Below, in pieces: positions 52,275 to 64,000 of a stretch of DNA of 64,000 nucleotides (position 1 is the first letter of the stretch; the number at the start of each line of letters is the position of its first letter). The stretch spans positions 47,182,001-47,246,000 of the forward strand of contig OZ024741.1 of NCBI GenBank assembly GCA_964016885.1. The letters run 5' to 3'. This DNA is from Eledone cirrhosa. Lineage: Eukaryota. Position numbers and translations under genes: made by a program. The notes beneath the pieces are model-generated. The model had not been told where the DNA came from and did not search any database. It was given only the letters and a program-made list of their open reading frames with translations.

Positions 52275-53139
52275 CTGAAAAGAAAAAGAAAACACTTGTA
52301 AAAATGTCCACAATTTAACGGGAAAAAAAAATTTTCAAACATGTTATAATAATAGTTTCTTTATTAACCACAAAGGGTCCACATCAAGAAATTATGACAA
52401 TACAGGACGAAATTATGACAATACAGGACGAAAACAGAGTGTGTGTATGTGTTCGTGTGAGGATTTTGTGTGTAAACAAATTTTAATAATCTTTAAAAAA
52501 AAAGATAAAATTAAAACAAAGGTTCCTCAATAGGGAGCAGACGTTCGAGGCTACCTCATATTACCTACCTCATACTACTCCTCCCTCTTTATGCCTGTTG
52601 CCTGCATGAATGTATTTTGCCTAAAGAGAGGAGTAGTATGAGGTAGTCATAACAGTGATAGCAGCACCCTGTTTTTGTTGTAAAGTGAGAGGAGTAGTAT
52701 GAGGTAGTCATAATAACAGTGGTAGAAGCACAATGCACAGCTATTGGAAATATTCTGTTTGGACATTTATATGCACATACACACATATATACACAACGTA
52801 TGGAAAAAAAAATTCGAGTTATGAAAATTTTAGGAAATATTTTCAAGAGAATGCATAAATAACACAAACGGCAATGTAGTAAATGTAGAAAAACTGCTTC
52901 ATTGTAAAATAAACACAAGATCTTTTAACGCCTTAACGCAGAATTTGAAGCCGGCGAAAATTGGCAAAATTTTTACCTCGAATATAAGTCAATCCATATT
53001 TTACCATCAACTTATATTCAAGTATATATGGTAAGCAACATTTTTTTTCATATTTTATCATATTTTTAAGATTTATTTAGCATTTATCTACAAGCCTAGA
53101 ATTAAACTGTAATTTACATTTAGTAATAAAAATACTAAG

Positions 53140-53345
53140 TAATGATTCCTACTTTAAGCAGAAAGTGAAAGAAGGGTAACACACACCACCCCACCACCGT
53201 GTTTGACTGGAACTCTATTTTATCGACCAGAGAAGGTTGAAAAGTAATATTGACCATGACAGGATTTTAACTCAGTAATGGGATGTAACTAAATACTGCA
53301 AATTACAAATAAATTTGTCTAGTGATCTACCAATTCTGCCAAATT
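53140..53345 (-). mobile_element. Diverged SINE family B copy
   Basis: CTATTTTATCGACC...GAAGGTTGAAAAG...AATTCTGCCA. Confidence 0.55.
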
Positions 53346-53417
53346 AATAGCAACCAATAGCAAGGCAAAAATCTGTAGAGACACCATCTGACCAAAATAA
53401 CAAAACAATAACCATTA

Positions 53418-53575
53418 ACTCTTTAGCATTTAAACCGGCCATATCCAGCCGGAATTCTCTCACCACTGCTTTGTTCAAAACGGCTGTAACCGGCTACTCA
53501 TACTGATGTTAAGGTATTGTTCACAAAATAAATAATATCAAAATCTCAGATTCAATATTATGTGAGAAAGCCTTG
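53418..53575. mobile_element. piggyBac-family MITE, opposite orientation, truncated
   Basis: TTAA|CTCTTTAGCATTTAAACCGGCC; body is the reverse complement of 50425-50630. Confidence 0.75.
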
Positions 53576-53904
53576 AGAAAATATAATAGTATATATAGAG
53601 TAACAACCAATAAAATATACAAACAGAAATAGACAAACCAAGAGAATCAAAGAGTGGAAACAAGCTATGAAAAAGGATAATGGACACTGCTTTTCCCTCC
53701 CTAACTGAACATTAAAAATATTTTTAAAATCCAATTCAAATGTTTTATATCATCATACCATTGGTTTTATGTTACTTTTCCGTGCTGGGAATGTCCTACA
53801 GCCAGATGCCCTTACTGACACTGACCCTTTTTAGTTGCTTCTTATGATATGCAGGGATACAGTGTACCTATTCTAAACCAGATACAGAAACTAATTATCA
53901 TCAT

Positions 53905-54095
53905 GGTAGATCATAGGACACCATGCTTCACAGCATAGTCATGTGTCTTTATGTTCTAAGTTCAAATACCGCCAAGGTTAGCTTTGCTTTTCATCCTTAC
54001 AGGGTCGATAAAATATAGCACCAGTAATGCACTGGATTCGATTTAATCTTTCTCCTCCCTAAAAATTGCTGGCCTTGTGCCTAAATCAGAAACAT
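53905..54095 (+). mobile_element. SINE family B copy
   Basis: AAGTTCAAATACCGCC...TTTCATCCTTACAGGGTCGATAAA...GGCCTTGTGCCTAAA. Confidence 0.75.
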
Positions 54096-54669
54096 TTATT
54101 TTCACATAGGGTAAGATAGGTCCTCTCCAGTACAGAATTTCTCCACTTCTTTCATTCCTTTGTCATCTCCTGTGAGAGAGACAGCTTCTCTAGATCAGTT
54201 TTCAACATCTTCACCTATGATTACCTCAGGCTTTCTAATCTACATCTCCCTCCCACTACCTCACCCAATCATCATCATCATCATCATCATCTATATGCAT
54301 TACATATCCATACCAGCATAACCTATCCTGCATGCAATATACAGTTCTGCCTTTTTTTCTCTCTCAGCTCAACTACTTTTGTCAACTTTTCAAGCGCTAG
54401 TAATTTTTATGAGTTGTTTCCCTTGACACTGCTTTATCTATTAAGGGGAGATAACCTTATGGTGCCCTATGTCGCTGAGAGCGCATTAGAGGTTAATTCA
54501 CACTAATATTGCTCATCCGAAAGTTGATGCTCGATCTCAATTTGTTTCCTTCCAGCCTACACATATCCTCTGCATTTACTGCCCAAGCCCCACTGCTATG
54601 CAACATTGCACTTCTCATGCAGGCATCATACAATCTAAACATTACAAAATTTTAGAGATATTTTCTTAC

Positions 54670-54790
54670 CTCCCGATTTTGACATTAAATCCTGCAATGC
54701 AGCCAATGCTGCAACAGTTGAATTGAGATCCTTAGAGGACTTCTCCATCTCTAAGAGACAATTACGAAGCTTAGAGTTAGCAGTTTTTGC
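54670..54790 (-). CDS. Internal coding exon of the host gene (121 bp, phase 0 to 1)
   Basis: Acceptor TTTTCTTGTGTTTTGTTTACAG|, donor GAG|GTAAGA. Open frame AKTANSKLRNCLLEMEKSSKDLNSTVAALAALQDLMSKSG, helical or coiled-coil-like. Confidence 0.75.
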
Positions 54791-55134
54791 CTGTAAACAA
54801 AACACAAGAAAATATAATAATCTCTCAATCAGTTTGAGACAAGAGATGAAGAAAATAAGAGAGACGTAAGAGGGGATAAAGACACAATGAAGTGACAGGC
54901 ACAGACTAGAAAGAGACAGCCAGAAACAGTTAGTAGACAGACAGAGAAAGAGTGAAAGAAAAGAAAAAATTTGGAAGTATTCGAACTCCCAAACATATAC
55001 ATAAATATAAACAAATATTTACACTTATATACATAAATATACATAGCTATATAAAGTGTATGTGTACTTTGTCTGGCAGAATGACTGTTTGCTCATGTAG
55101 AGGTGAATACTCCAGCAATAATTACTGAAATGAA

Positions 55135-55230
55135 GATATAGTTTAGTGGTTAGAGTGATGGGCTCATGATCATAAGGTGGTGAGCTCAATTCCTGGACTG
55201 GGAGACATGTCTGAACAAGAAACTTCATTT
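55135..55230 (+). mobile_element. SINE family A head fragment
   Basis: TTTAGTGGTTAGAG...GAGCTCAATTCC...GAACAAGAAACTTCATTT. Confidence 0.5.
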
Positions 55231-55394
55231 TATACTAGGTACAATGTATCCCTACATGTCATAGGTGTCTAAAAGGGTTAACACCAAGAAGGGCATTCAG
55301 CTGTAAAAAGGACCATGTGATAAGTGTGCTGAAGCCTGTCATGAACACAGCAAGGCTAAACCTTGCTTGAGCATAGAAAAGGGCCTTAAAATAT

Positions 55395-55815
55395 CATCAT
55401 CACCGTTTTACATCCGTTCTTCCACACTAGCATGGGTTAGACGGGTTGTCCTGTTGTGGGCAGTGTCCGGTCGGGTGACCATGTCTTGCTCATACAGAAA
55501 CTGATTTTGGCTTGATTTCTACAGCTGGATGCTCTTCCTAACACCAACCTCATTTACAGTGAGTGCTGCATGCTTTTTTGCCGTGGCACTTTACAGTGTG
55601 GGCTGGGTGCTTTTTTTCTGTGGCACCTCCACAACCACTTTGCAGTGGAATAATAGGGACCCCAGTCCTATCATCTCATTTCTACAGCTGAGTAAACTGG
55701 AGCAATGTGAAATAAAGTGTCTTGCTCAAGGAAACAACACATCACTCGGTCCAAGAATTGAACTCACAACCTTTCGATTGCAAGCCCAATGCTCTAACCA
55801 CTGAGCCATGCGCCT
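55395..55815 (-). mobile_element. SINE family A, full length with RTE-derived tail
   Basis: Closely similar to 6030-6372; the tail is the reverse complement of the RTE 3' UTR at ~775-1035. Confidence 0.88.
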
Positions 55816-56023
55816 TCTGTGTTGTTTAGAATACATATACTGTATCTCTACATGTCTTAGGAGGTGACTAAAAGGATTAACACCAGGAAGAGCATTCAAC
55901 AGTACAACAATGTTTGGAAAAAGTCTTAAAAAACTTGTTACTGTTGCTACAATTGTAAACCCACTAAAATTAATGTTTTCTGTTGCTTTGCTATCACCAG
56001 AAATTACTGGTAGTACTGCTAAC

Positions 56024-56126
56024 CTGATGGACTCTAATAAATCGTGGGTAGGGGAGAAATGAGGGCAATCTCTGTGTGTAGTTAAATTGCTTATGGTTAC
56101 TAAAATCTGCTTCAATATTATTTTGG
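56024..56126 (-). CDS. Candidate upstream coding exon of the host gene (103 bp)
   Basis: Long polypyrimidine tract then AAG|; donor CAG|GTTAGC. Open frame QNNIEADFSNHKQFNYTQRLPSFLPYPRFIRVHQ ends in phase 0, matching the next exon. An alternative acceptor is at 56106. Confidence 0.55.
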
Positions 56127-56796
56127 CTTTGAGCAAAATCAAATTAAGAAAAGAATAAAAAAAGAAAAGAAAAAAATACTGCAAATGACAATGTAAAGTA
56201 AAAAAAACAAATTAACAAATAAACTTAATTAAATCTTAACTAAATCTTATTTGAACCTTCATTTGTTTTTAATATGATCTGAGAGAAGTATTTAAAAAAA
56301 AATAAAATTGACAAATTTTCATCTAATTATATATATATATTTTTTTTTGCCTGCCACCTAACCTCTTCAACAACTAATAGGAAATTCTTTCCTTTCACTT
56401 TTTACTGGTTGTAGTCATTAGATGACAGCCATGTTGGAGCACTACATTAGTCAAATCAACCTCAGTACTTTAACCTCTTCAGTGCCATAGACAAGATAAC
56501 TCGTCCTAACATGTTTGAACTCTTTTCCAACAGTTCATAACTTCAAAGTTAAGAAATCGTTTCTAACAGTTCATAATTTCAAAGCTAGATGGAGTTACTA
56601 GTTTATAGATGTAAAGTTTGTCAATCACTCAGATATGTGTTGTTAATAAATGTTTGTTTAAAAAAAAAAAAAGTTATTTTACTGAAAAAAATAAATAAAT
56701 AAAAACGGCACAGCAACTGTAGCTGTGTAAAATATACGGAGCAGTCAACAAGTCAAATTTTGGACTGATTTTATCAATCCCTCTTTTTTGCCACTG

Positions 56797-56915
56797 GAGG
56801 TGGTGCATGGTTCAGTGGTTAGGGTGTTTGGACTCATGATCGTAAGGTCACAGGTTTGATTCCTGGACCAGGTGGCACAGTGATTTCTTTAGCAAGATGC
56901 TTCATTTCACATTGA
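56797..56915 (+). mobile_element. SINE family A head fragment
   Basis: TGGTTCAGTGGTTAGG...GGTTTGATTCC...AGCAAGATGCTTCATTTCACATTG. Confidence 0.6.
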
Positions 56916-56998
56916 TTTTCATGATAGTACTGCAGCCCCTATGATTAAAATACCCAAGAAACCTCTTACAAGAGAAAACCTTGTAGAAAGCCAGTTAA

Positions 56999-57190
56999 CC
57001 CTTTAGCATTTACATTACTCTATATTTACTATTATATTTTCACAGTAAAGGTTTTACCTCACATATCGAATCTATGAGATTTTGATATTTATTTTGAGAA
57101 CAATACCTTAACATCAGTATGAGTGGCCGGTTATGGCCAGTTTGAACAGAAAAAGGTGAGAGAATTTTGGCCGGATACAGTCGAGTTAAA
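56999..57190. mobile_element. piggyBac-family MITE
   Basis: TTAA|CCCTTTAGCATTTACATTAC; body similar to 50425-50630; right end degraded. Confidence 0.78.
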
Positions 57191-57632
57191 CCTACTAGCT
57201 CCTTTCTTCCCTTTTAAATCATAGTTGGTGAACAAAAGTATTATTTGGTACAGGTCTGCAATGGGCCAATCACTAGTTCACAGTCTTGTTGATGGTGAGA
57301 CTAACAGTGGAGAGTCTGTAACTCAGTACAGAACAAATATATAAAGAGACAGAAGAGCATTGCTTCTTCAGTTTTCTGAACACTGGATATACAACACAAA
57401 CAAAACATATATACACACACACACATATCTATCTATGTGTATGTAGTGTTTGTGTTGTGTGCCCCAAAATGTACACAGGTGCGCCTGCATGTTTACAAAT
57501 TCTGCCATGAACAAAAGGGTACTCAATACATGTAGAAGAGTAAATATGCATTTTGTTCATAATTTATTACTAGAGTTCACCAGTCCTACTATAGCAATTA
57601 CATTAATACCATTATACTCTTGGAGTGGATGA

Positions 57633-59741
57633 GGGGGGGGGGGGGGGGGGGGGGGGGGTGCTTATATGATAAATAGTGTGGCCCCAACCCTAGATAACAC
57701 GGCGCCAACCTTAGATAGCGTGGCCCCAACTCTAGATAACGCTGCGCCAACCTTAGATAGCGTGGCCCCAGCTCTCGATAGCGTGGCTCCAACCCGAGAT
57801 ACCGTGGCCCAACCCTAGATAGCGTGGCTCCAACCCTAGATAGTGTGGCTCCAACCCGAGAAAACGTGGCCCCAACTCTCGATAGCGTGGCTCCAACCCT
57901 AGATAGCATGGCTCCAACCGAAGATAGCGTGGCTCCAACCCTAGATAGCGTGGCGCCAACACTAGATAGCGTGGCCCCAACCCTAGATAACATAGCTCCA
58001 ACCCTAGATAACATGGCCCCAACCCTAGATAGTGTGGCTCCAACCCTAGATAGCATGGCTCCAACCCGAGATAGCATGGCTCCAACCCAAGATAGCATGG
58101 CTCCAACCCTAGATAGCATGGCTCCAACCCTAGATAGCATGGCTCCAACCCTAGATAGCATGGCTCCAACCCTAGATAACATGGCCCCAACCCTAGATAG
58201 CGTTTCCCCAACCCTAGATAGCGTGGCTCCAACCCTAGATAGCATGGCCCCAACCCTAGATAGCGTGGCTCCAACCCTAGATAGCATGGCCCCAACCCTA
58301 GATAGCATGGCTCCAACCCTAGATAGCATGGCTCCAACCTTAGATAGCGTGGCCCCAACTCTAGATAGCGTGGCCCCAACTCTAGATAACGCTGCGCCAA
58401 CCCCAGATAGCGTGGCCCCAACTCTCGAGAGCGTGGCTCCAACCCTAGATAGCATGGCTCCAACCCTAGATACCGTGGCCCAACCCTAGATAGCGTGGCT
58501 CCAACCCTAGATAGAGTGGCTCCAACCCGAGAAAACGTGGCCCCAACTCTCAATAGAGTGGCTCCAACCCTAGATAGCATGGCTCCAACCCAAGATAGCG
58601 TGGCTCCAACCCTAGATAGCGTGGCCCCAACCCTAGATAACATGGCCCCAACCCAAGATAGCGTGGTTCCAACCCTAGATAGCATGGCTCCAACCCTAGA
58701 TAGTGTGGCTCCGACCCTAGATAGCATGGATCCAACTCTAGATAGCATGGCCCCAACCCTAGATAGCATGGCTCCAACCCTAGATAGCATGGATCCAACC
58801 CTAGATAGCATGGCCCCAACCCTAGATAGCGTGGCTCCAACCCTAGATAACATGAATCCAACTCTAGATAGCATGGCCCCAACCCTAGATAGCATGGCTC
58901 CAACCCTAAATAGCATGGATCCAACTCTAGATAGCATGGCCCCAACCCTAGATAACATGGCCCCAACTCTAGATAGCGTGGCCCCAACCCTAGATAGCAT
59001 GGCCCCAACCCTAGATAACGTGGCCCCAACTCTAGATAACGTGGCCCCAACTCTAGATAGCGTGGCCCCAACCCTAGATAACGTGGCCCCAACTCTAGAT
59101 AGCATGGCCCCAACCCTAGATAGCATGGCTCCAACCCTAGATAGCATGGCTCCAACCCTAGATAGCATGGCTCCAACCCTAGATAGCATGGCTCCAACTC
59201 TAGATAGCATGGCTCCAACTCTAGATAGCATGGCCCCAACCCTAGATAACGTGGCTCCAACCCTAGATAGCGTGGCCCCAACCCTAGATAACGTGGCCCC
59301 AACTCTAGATAGCGTGGCCCCAACCCTAGATAGCATGGCTCCAACCCTAGATACCGTGGCCCAACCCTAGATAGCGTGGCTCCAACCCTAGATAGCATGG
59401 CTCCAACTCTAGATAGCATGGCCCCAACCCTAGATAGCATGGCTCCAACTCTAGATAGCATGGCCCCAACCCTAGATAGCATGGCCCCAACCCTAGATAG
59501 CATGGCCCCAACCCTAGATAACGTGGCCCCAACCCTAGATAATGTGGCCCCAACTCTAGATAGCGTGGCCCCAACCCTAGATAACGTGGCCCCAACTCTA
59601 GATAGCATGGCCCCAACCCTAGATAGCATGGCCCCAACCCTAGATAGCATGGCCCCAACCCTAGATAACGTGGCCCCAACCCTAGATAGCGTGGCCCCAA
59701 CCCTAGATAACGTGGCCCCAACTCTAGATAGCGTGGCTCCA
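57633..59741. repeat. Poly-G tract followed by a ~2.1-kb 21-bp minisatellite (GGCYCCAACYCTAGATAGCRT)
   Basis: About 100 units visible; accounts for the APTLDS / LSRVGA / LGLEP repeat ORFs. Confidence 0.97.
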
Positions 59742-60391
59742 ATGACATATTGGTAGCTACAGTTGCTTCAGTCTGACCTGTAGCTAAAGGATAATTTCAT
59801 CTCAAAATTCACATGACATGACAATTAATTTGACCTACTGTTATAGAGAACACTGGTATATAAACATACACACACATGTACAGACACACATATGCACAAA
59901 TACACAGACATGCACAAATACACAGACATGCACAAGTACATACAGACACACACATGCACAAATACACACAAACACACCATGGCTTTTCTTTCAGTTTCTG
60001 TCTACCAAAGTATTATAGGGGCTGAAGCTACAGAAGACGCTGCAGGAACTATACAGTAGAATAAAATCAAAAGTCATATGGTTGCAAGGCAGATTTCTTA
60101 ATGACATTTGTATGTTTATAACACACATTCCCTCATAGTCTCTCCATTTGTCTTGAACAAGTGAAAGAAGAGAAAAGAAGAGTGAAAGGAGAGGAGAGAA
60201 GAGAAGCGAAAAAAAAAAAGAAAAGTGAAAGAGAGAAGAAAAGTGAAAGAAGAAAATATAAATTAATAAGAAGTTAATTTAGTTGATCTATTGTTTATGA
60301 TAAATGTTAAAATTTCATTTCAACTTTGATCTGTGGAGGTTTGTTGAGAGAAATGGGTGGCTATTACATAATAGATGTTAGGATTGACAGT

Positions 60392-63300
60392 AATGTGGCA
60401 ACACCACCCCTCCATTACCTCAACTAATGTGGCAAGACCACAACTCCACAGTACCTCAACTAATGTGGCAACACCACACCTCCACAGTACCTCAACTAAT
60501 GTGACTACACCACCCCTCCATTACCTCAACTAATGTGGCAAGACCACAACTCCACAGTACCTCAACTAATGTGGGAACACCACCCCTCCATTACCTCAAC
60601 TAATGTGGCAACACCACACCTCCACAGTACCTCAACTAATGTGGCAACACCACACCTCCACAGTACCTCAACTAATGTGGCAACACCACACCTCCACAGT
60701 ACCTCAACTAATGTGGCAACACCACACCTCCACAGTACCTCAACTAATGTGGCAGCACCACACCTCCACAGTACCTCAACTAATGTGGCAACACCACACC
60801 TCCACAGTACCTCAACTAATGTGGCAACACCACACCTCCACAGTACCTCAACTAATGTGACTACACCACACCTCCACAGTACCTCAACTAATGTGGCAAC
60901 ACCACACCTCCACAGTACCTCCACTAATGTGACTACACCACACCTCCACAGTACCTCAATGTGACTACACCACACCTCCACAGTACCTCAACTAATGTGA
61001 CAACACCACACCTCCACAGTACCTCAACTAATGTGACTACACCACACCTCCACAGTACCTCAACTAATGTGGGAACACCACACCTCCACAGTACCTCAAC
61101 TAATGTGACTACACCACACCTCCACAGTACCTCAACTAATGTGGCTACACCACACCTCCACAGTACCTCAACTAATGTGGCAACACCACACCTCCACAGT
61201 ACCTAAACTAATGTGGCAACACCACACCTCCACAGTACCTAAACTAATGTGGCAACACCACACCTCCACAGTACCTCAACTAATGTGACTACACCACACC
61301 TCCACAGTACCTCAACTAATGTGGCAACACCACACCTCCACAGTACCTCAACTAATGTGGCAACACCACACCTCCACAGTACCTCAACTAATGTGACTAC
61401 ACCACACCTCCACAGTACCTCAACTAATGTGGCAACACCACACCTCCACAGTACCTCAACTAATGTGGCAACACCACACCTCCACAGTACCTCAACTAAT
61501 GTGACTACACCACACCTCCACAGTACCTCAATGTGACAACACCACACCTCCACAGTACCTCAACTAATGTGGCAACACCACACCTCCACAGTACCTCAAC
61601 TAATGTGGCAACACCACACCTCCACAGTACCTCAACTAATGTGGCAACACCACACCTCCACAGTACCTCAACTAATGTGGCAACACCACACCACAGTACA
61701 ACAACTAATGTGGCAACACCACACCACAGTACAACAACTAATGTGGCAACACCACACCTCCACAGTACCTCAACTAATGTGACTACACCACACCTCCACA
61801 GTACCTCAACTAATGTGGCAACACCACACCTCCACAGTACCTCAACTAATGTGACTACACCACACCTCCACAGTACCTCAACTAATGTGGCAGCACCACA
61901 CCTCCACAGTACCTCAACTAATGTGACTACACCACACCTCCACAGTACCTCAACTAATGTGGCAACACCACACCTCCACAGTACCTCAACTAATGTGGCT
62001 ACACCACACCTCCACAGTACCTCAACTAATGTGGCAACACCACACCTCCACAGTACCTCAACTAATGTGGCAACACCACACCTCCAGAGTACCTCAACTA
62101 ATGTGGCTATACCACACCTCCACAGTACCTCAACTAATGTGGCTACACCACACCTCCACAGTACCTCAATGTGACTACACCACACCTCCACAGTACCTCA
62201 ACTAATGTGGCAACACCACACCTCCACAGTACCTCAACTAATGTGGGAACACCACACCTCCACAGTACCTCAACTAATGTGGCTACACCATACCTCCACA
62301 GTACCTCAACTAATGTGGCAACACCACACCACAGTACCTCAACTAATGTGGCAACACCACACCTCCACAGTACCTCAATGTGACTACACCACACCTCCAC
62401 AGTACCTCAACTAATGTGACTACACCACACCTCCACAGTACCTCAACTAATGTGACTACACCACACCTCCACAGTACCTCAACTAATGTGGCAACACCAC
62501 ACCTCCGCAGTACCTCAACTAATGCGGCAACACCACACCTCCACAGTACCTCAACTAATGTGGCAACACCACACCTCCACAGTACCTCAACTAATGTGAC
62601 TACACCACACCTCCACAGTACCTCAACTAATGTGGCAACACCACACCTCCACAGTACCTCAATGTGACTACACCACACCTCCACAGTACCTCAACTAATG
62701 TGACTACACCACACCTCCACAGTACCTCAACTAATGTGACTACACCACACCTCCACAGTACCTCAACTAATGTGGCAACACCACACCTCCACAGTACCTC
62801 AACTAATGTGGCAGCACCACACCTCCACAGTACCTCAACAAATGTGGCAACACCACACCTCCACAGTACCTCAACTAATGTGACTACACCACACCTCCAC
62901 AGTACCTCAACTAATGTGGCAACACCACACCTCCACAGTACCTCAACTAATGTGGCAACACCACACCTCCACAGTACCTCAACTAATGTGGCAACACCAC
63001 ACCTCCACAGTACCTCAACTAATGTGGCAACACCACACCTCCACAGTACCTAAACTAATGTGACAACACCACACCTCCACAGTACCTAAACTAATGTGAC
63101 AACACCACACCTCCACAGTACCTCAACTAATGTGGCAACACCACACCTCCACAGTACCTCAACTAATGTGGCAACACCACACCACAGTACCTCAACTAAT
63201 GTGGCAACACCACACCTCCACAGTACCTCAACTAATGTGGCAACACCACACCTCCACAGTACCTCAACTAATGTGACAACACCACACCTCCACAGTACCT

Positions 63301-63485
63301 CAACTAATGTGGCAACACCACACCTCCACAGTACCTCAACTAATGTGGCAACACCACACCTCCACAGTACCTCAACTAATGTGGCAACACCACACCACAG
63401 TACCTCAACTAATGTGGCAACACCACACCACAGTACCTCAACTAATGTGGCAACACCACACCTCCACAGTACTTCAACTAATGTA
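60392..63485. repeat. ~3.1-kb 36-bp minisatellite (TAATGTGGCAACACCACACCTCCACAGTACCTCAAC)
   Basis: About 85 units, with 33- and 32-bp deletion variants. Confidence 0.97.
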
Positions 63486-63509
63486 GGTGACAACACCACA
63501 CCACTCACC

Positions 63510-63850
63510 ACCATCATCATTGCCCATGCCTAGTCATCATCGTTGTCCTTGCCTGGTCATCATTGCCCATACCTGGTTATCCTCATCATCGTTGCCCATG
63601 CCTGATCATCATCATCATTGCCCATACCTGGTCATCATCATCATCATTGCCCATGCTAGGTCATCATCATCATTGCCTATGCCTGGTCATCATCATCATC
63701 ATTGCCCATGCCTGGTCATCATCATCATCATTGCCCATGCCTGGTCATCATCATCATCATCGTTGCCCATGCCTGGTCATCATCATCATTGCCCATGCCT
63801 GGTCATCATCATCATCATCGTTGCCCATGCCTGGTCATCATCATCATCAT
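63510..63850. repeat. Variable tandem repeat TGCCCATGCCTGG(TCA)n
   Basis: Directly visible in the sequence. Confidence 0.9.
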
Positions 63851-64000
63851 TTAACCATATTTCAAGGCTTCAGTAGTCATGTGGCCATGTTTCCACAGCC
63901 AACCACTTTACAGCAGGAGCATACCGGTAGGCCAAGACCTAAATACCATACCACCTCTCTGCTTCTTTACTACCATCCTCTCCTTGCTTCTTTCATTCCA

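Noticed and set aside
52640-52662. let-7 microRNA (TGAGGTAGT)
   Set aside because: Only the first 9 nt match; the rest of mature let-7 is absent.
57660-59741. AACCCTA in the 21-mer as telomeric repeat
   Set aside because: Only a 7-nt match per unit and no (CCCTAA)n runs.
60392-63485. 36-bp repeats as a CRISPR array
   Set aside because: Units are head-to-tail with no unique spacers, the context is eukaryotic, and there are no cas genes.
57598-63876. Long ORFs (APTLDS, LSRVGA, TPHLHSTS, VLWRCGV repeats) resembling mucin or antifreeze proteins
   Set aside because: They arise from 21- and 36-bp tandem repeats that are open on both strands and broken by frameshifting unit variants. No unique coding flanks or splice evidence.

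Overview
Eukaryotic (animal) genomic DNA. The two tRNA-derived SINE families, abundant RTE LINEs and (TA)n/(CA)n microsatellites resemble those of octopod cephalopods; this taxonomic call is an inference. Bases 1 to ~50,300 are a dense, nested transposon graveyard. It holds CR1-group and RTE LINEs, Penelope-like elements (PLEs) with hammerhead-ribozyme remnants, CsRn1-lineage Gypsy LTR elements, hAT, piggyBac, mariner, DD39D, Merlin and Tigger-like DNA transposons, and an endogenous parvovirus NS1 helicase fragment. About 35 of ~36 orientable protein-coding or ribozyme-bearing relics lie on the + strand. From ~52 kb onward I see the last three coding exons of an unidentified minus-strand host gene, with SINEs and MITEs between them and two long minisatellites further upstream (probably intronic). 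Minus-strand transcription from or beyond that gene would read nearly all the TE and viral relics antisense, which is the architecture of a flamenco-like uni-strand piRNA cluster. This is the main hypothesis and needs small-RNA data. No TE ORF is fully intact, and most ORFs in the supplied track are TE fragments or repeat artefacts. Coordinates backed by a TIR, TSD or splice site are exact; fragment boundaries are approximate.
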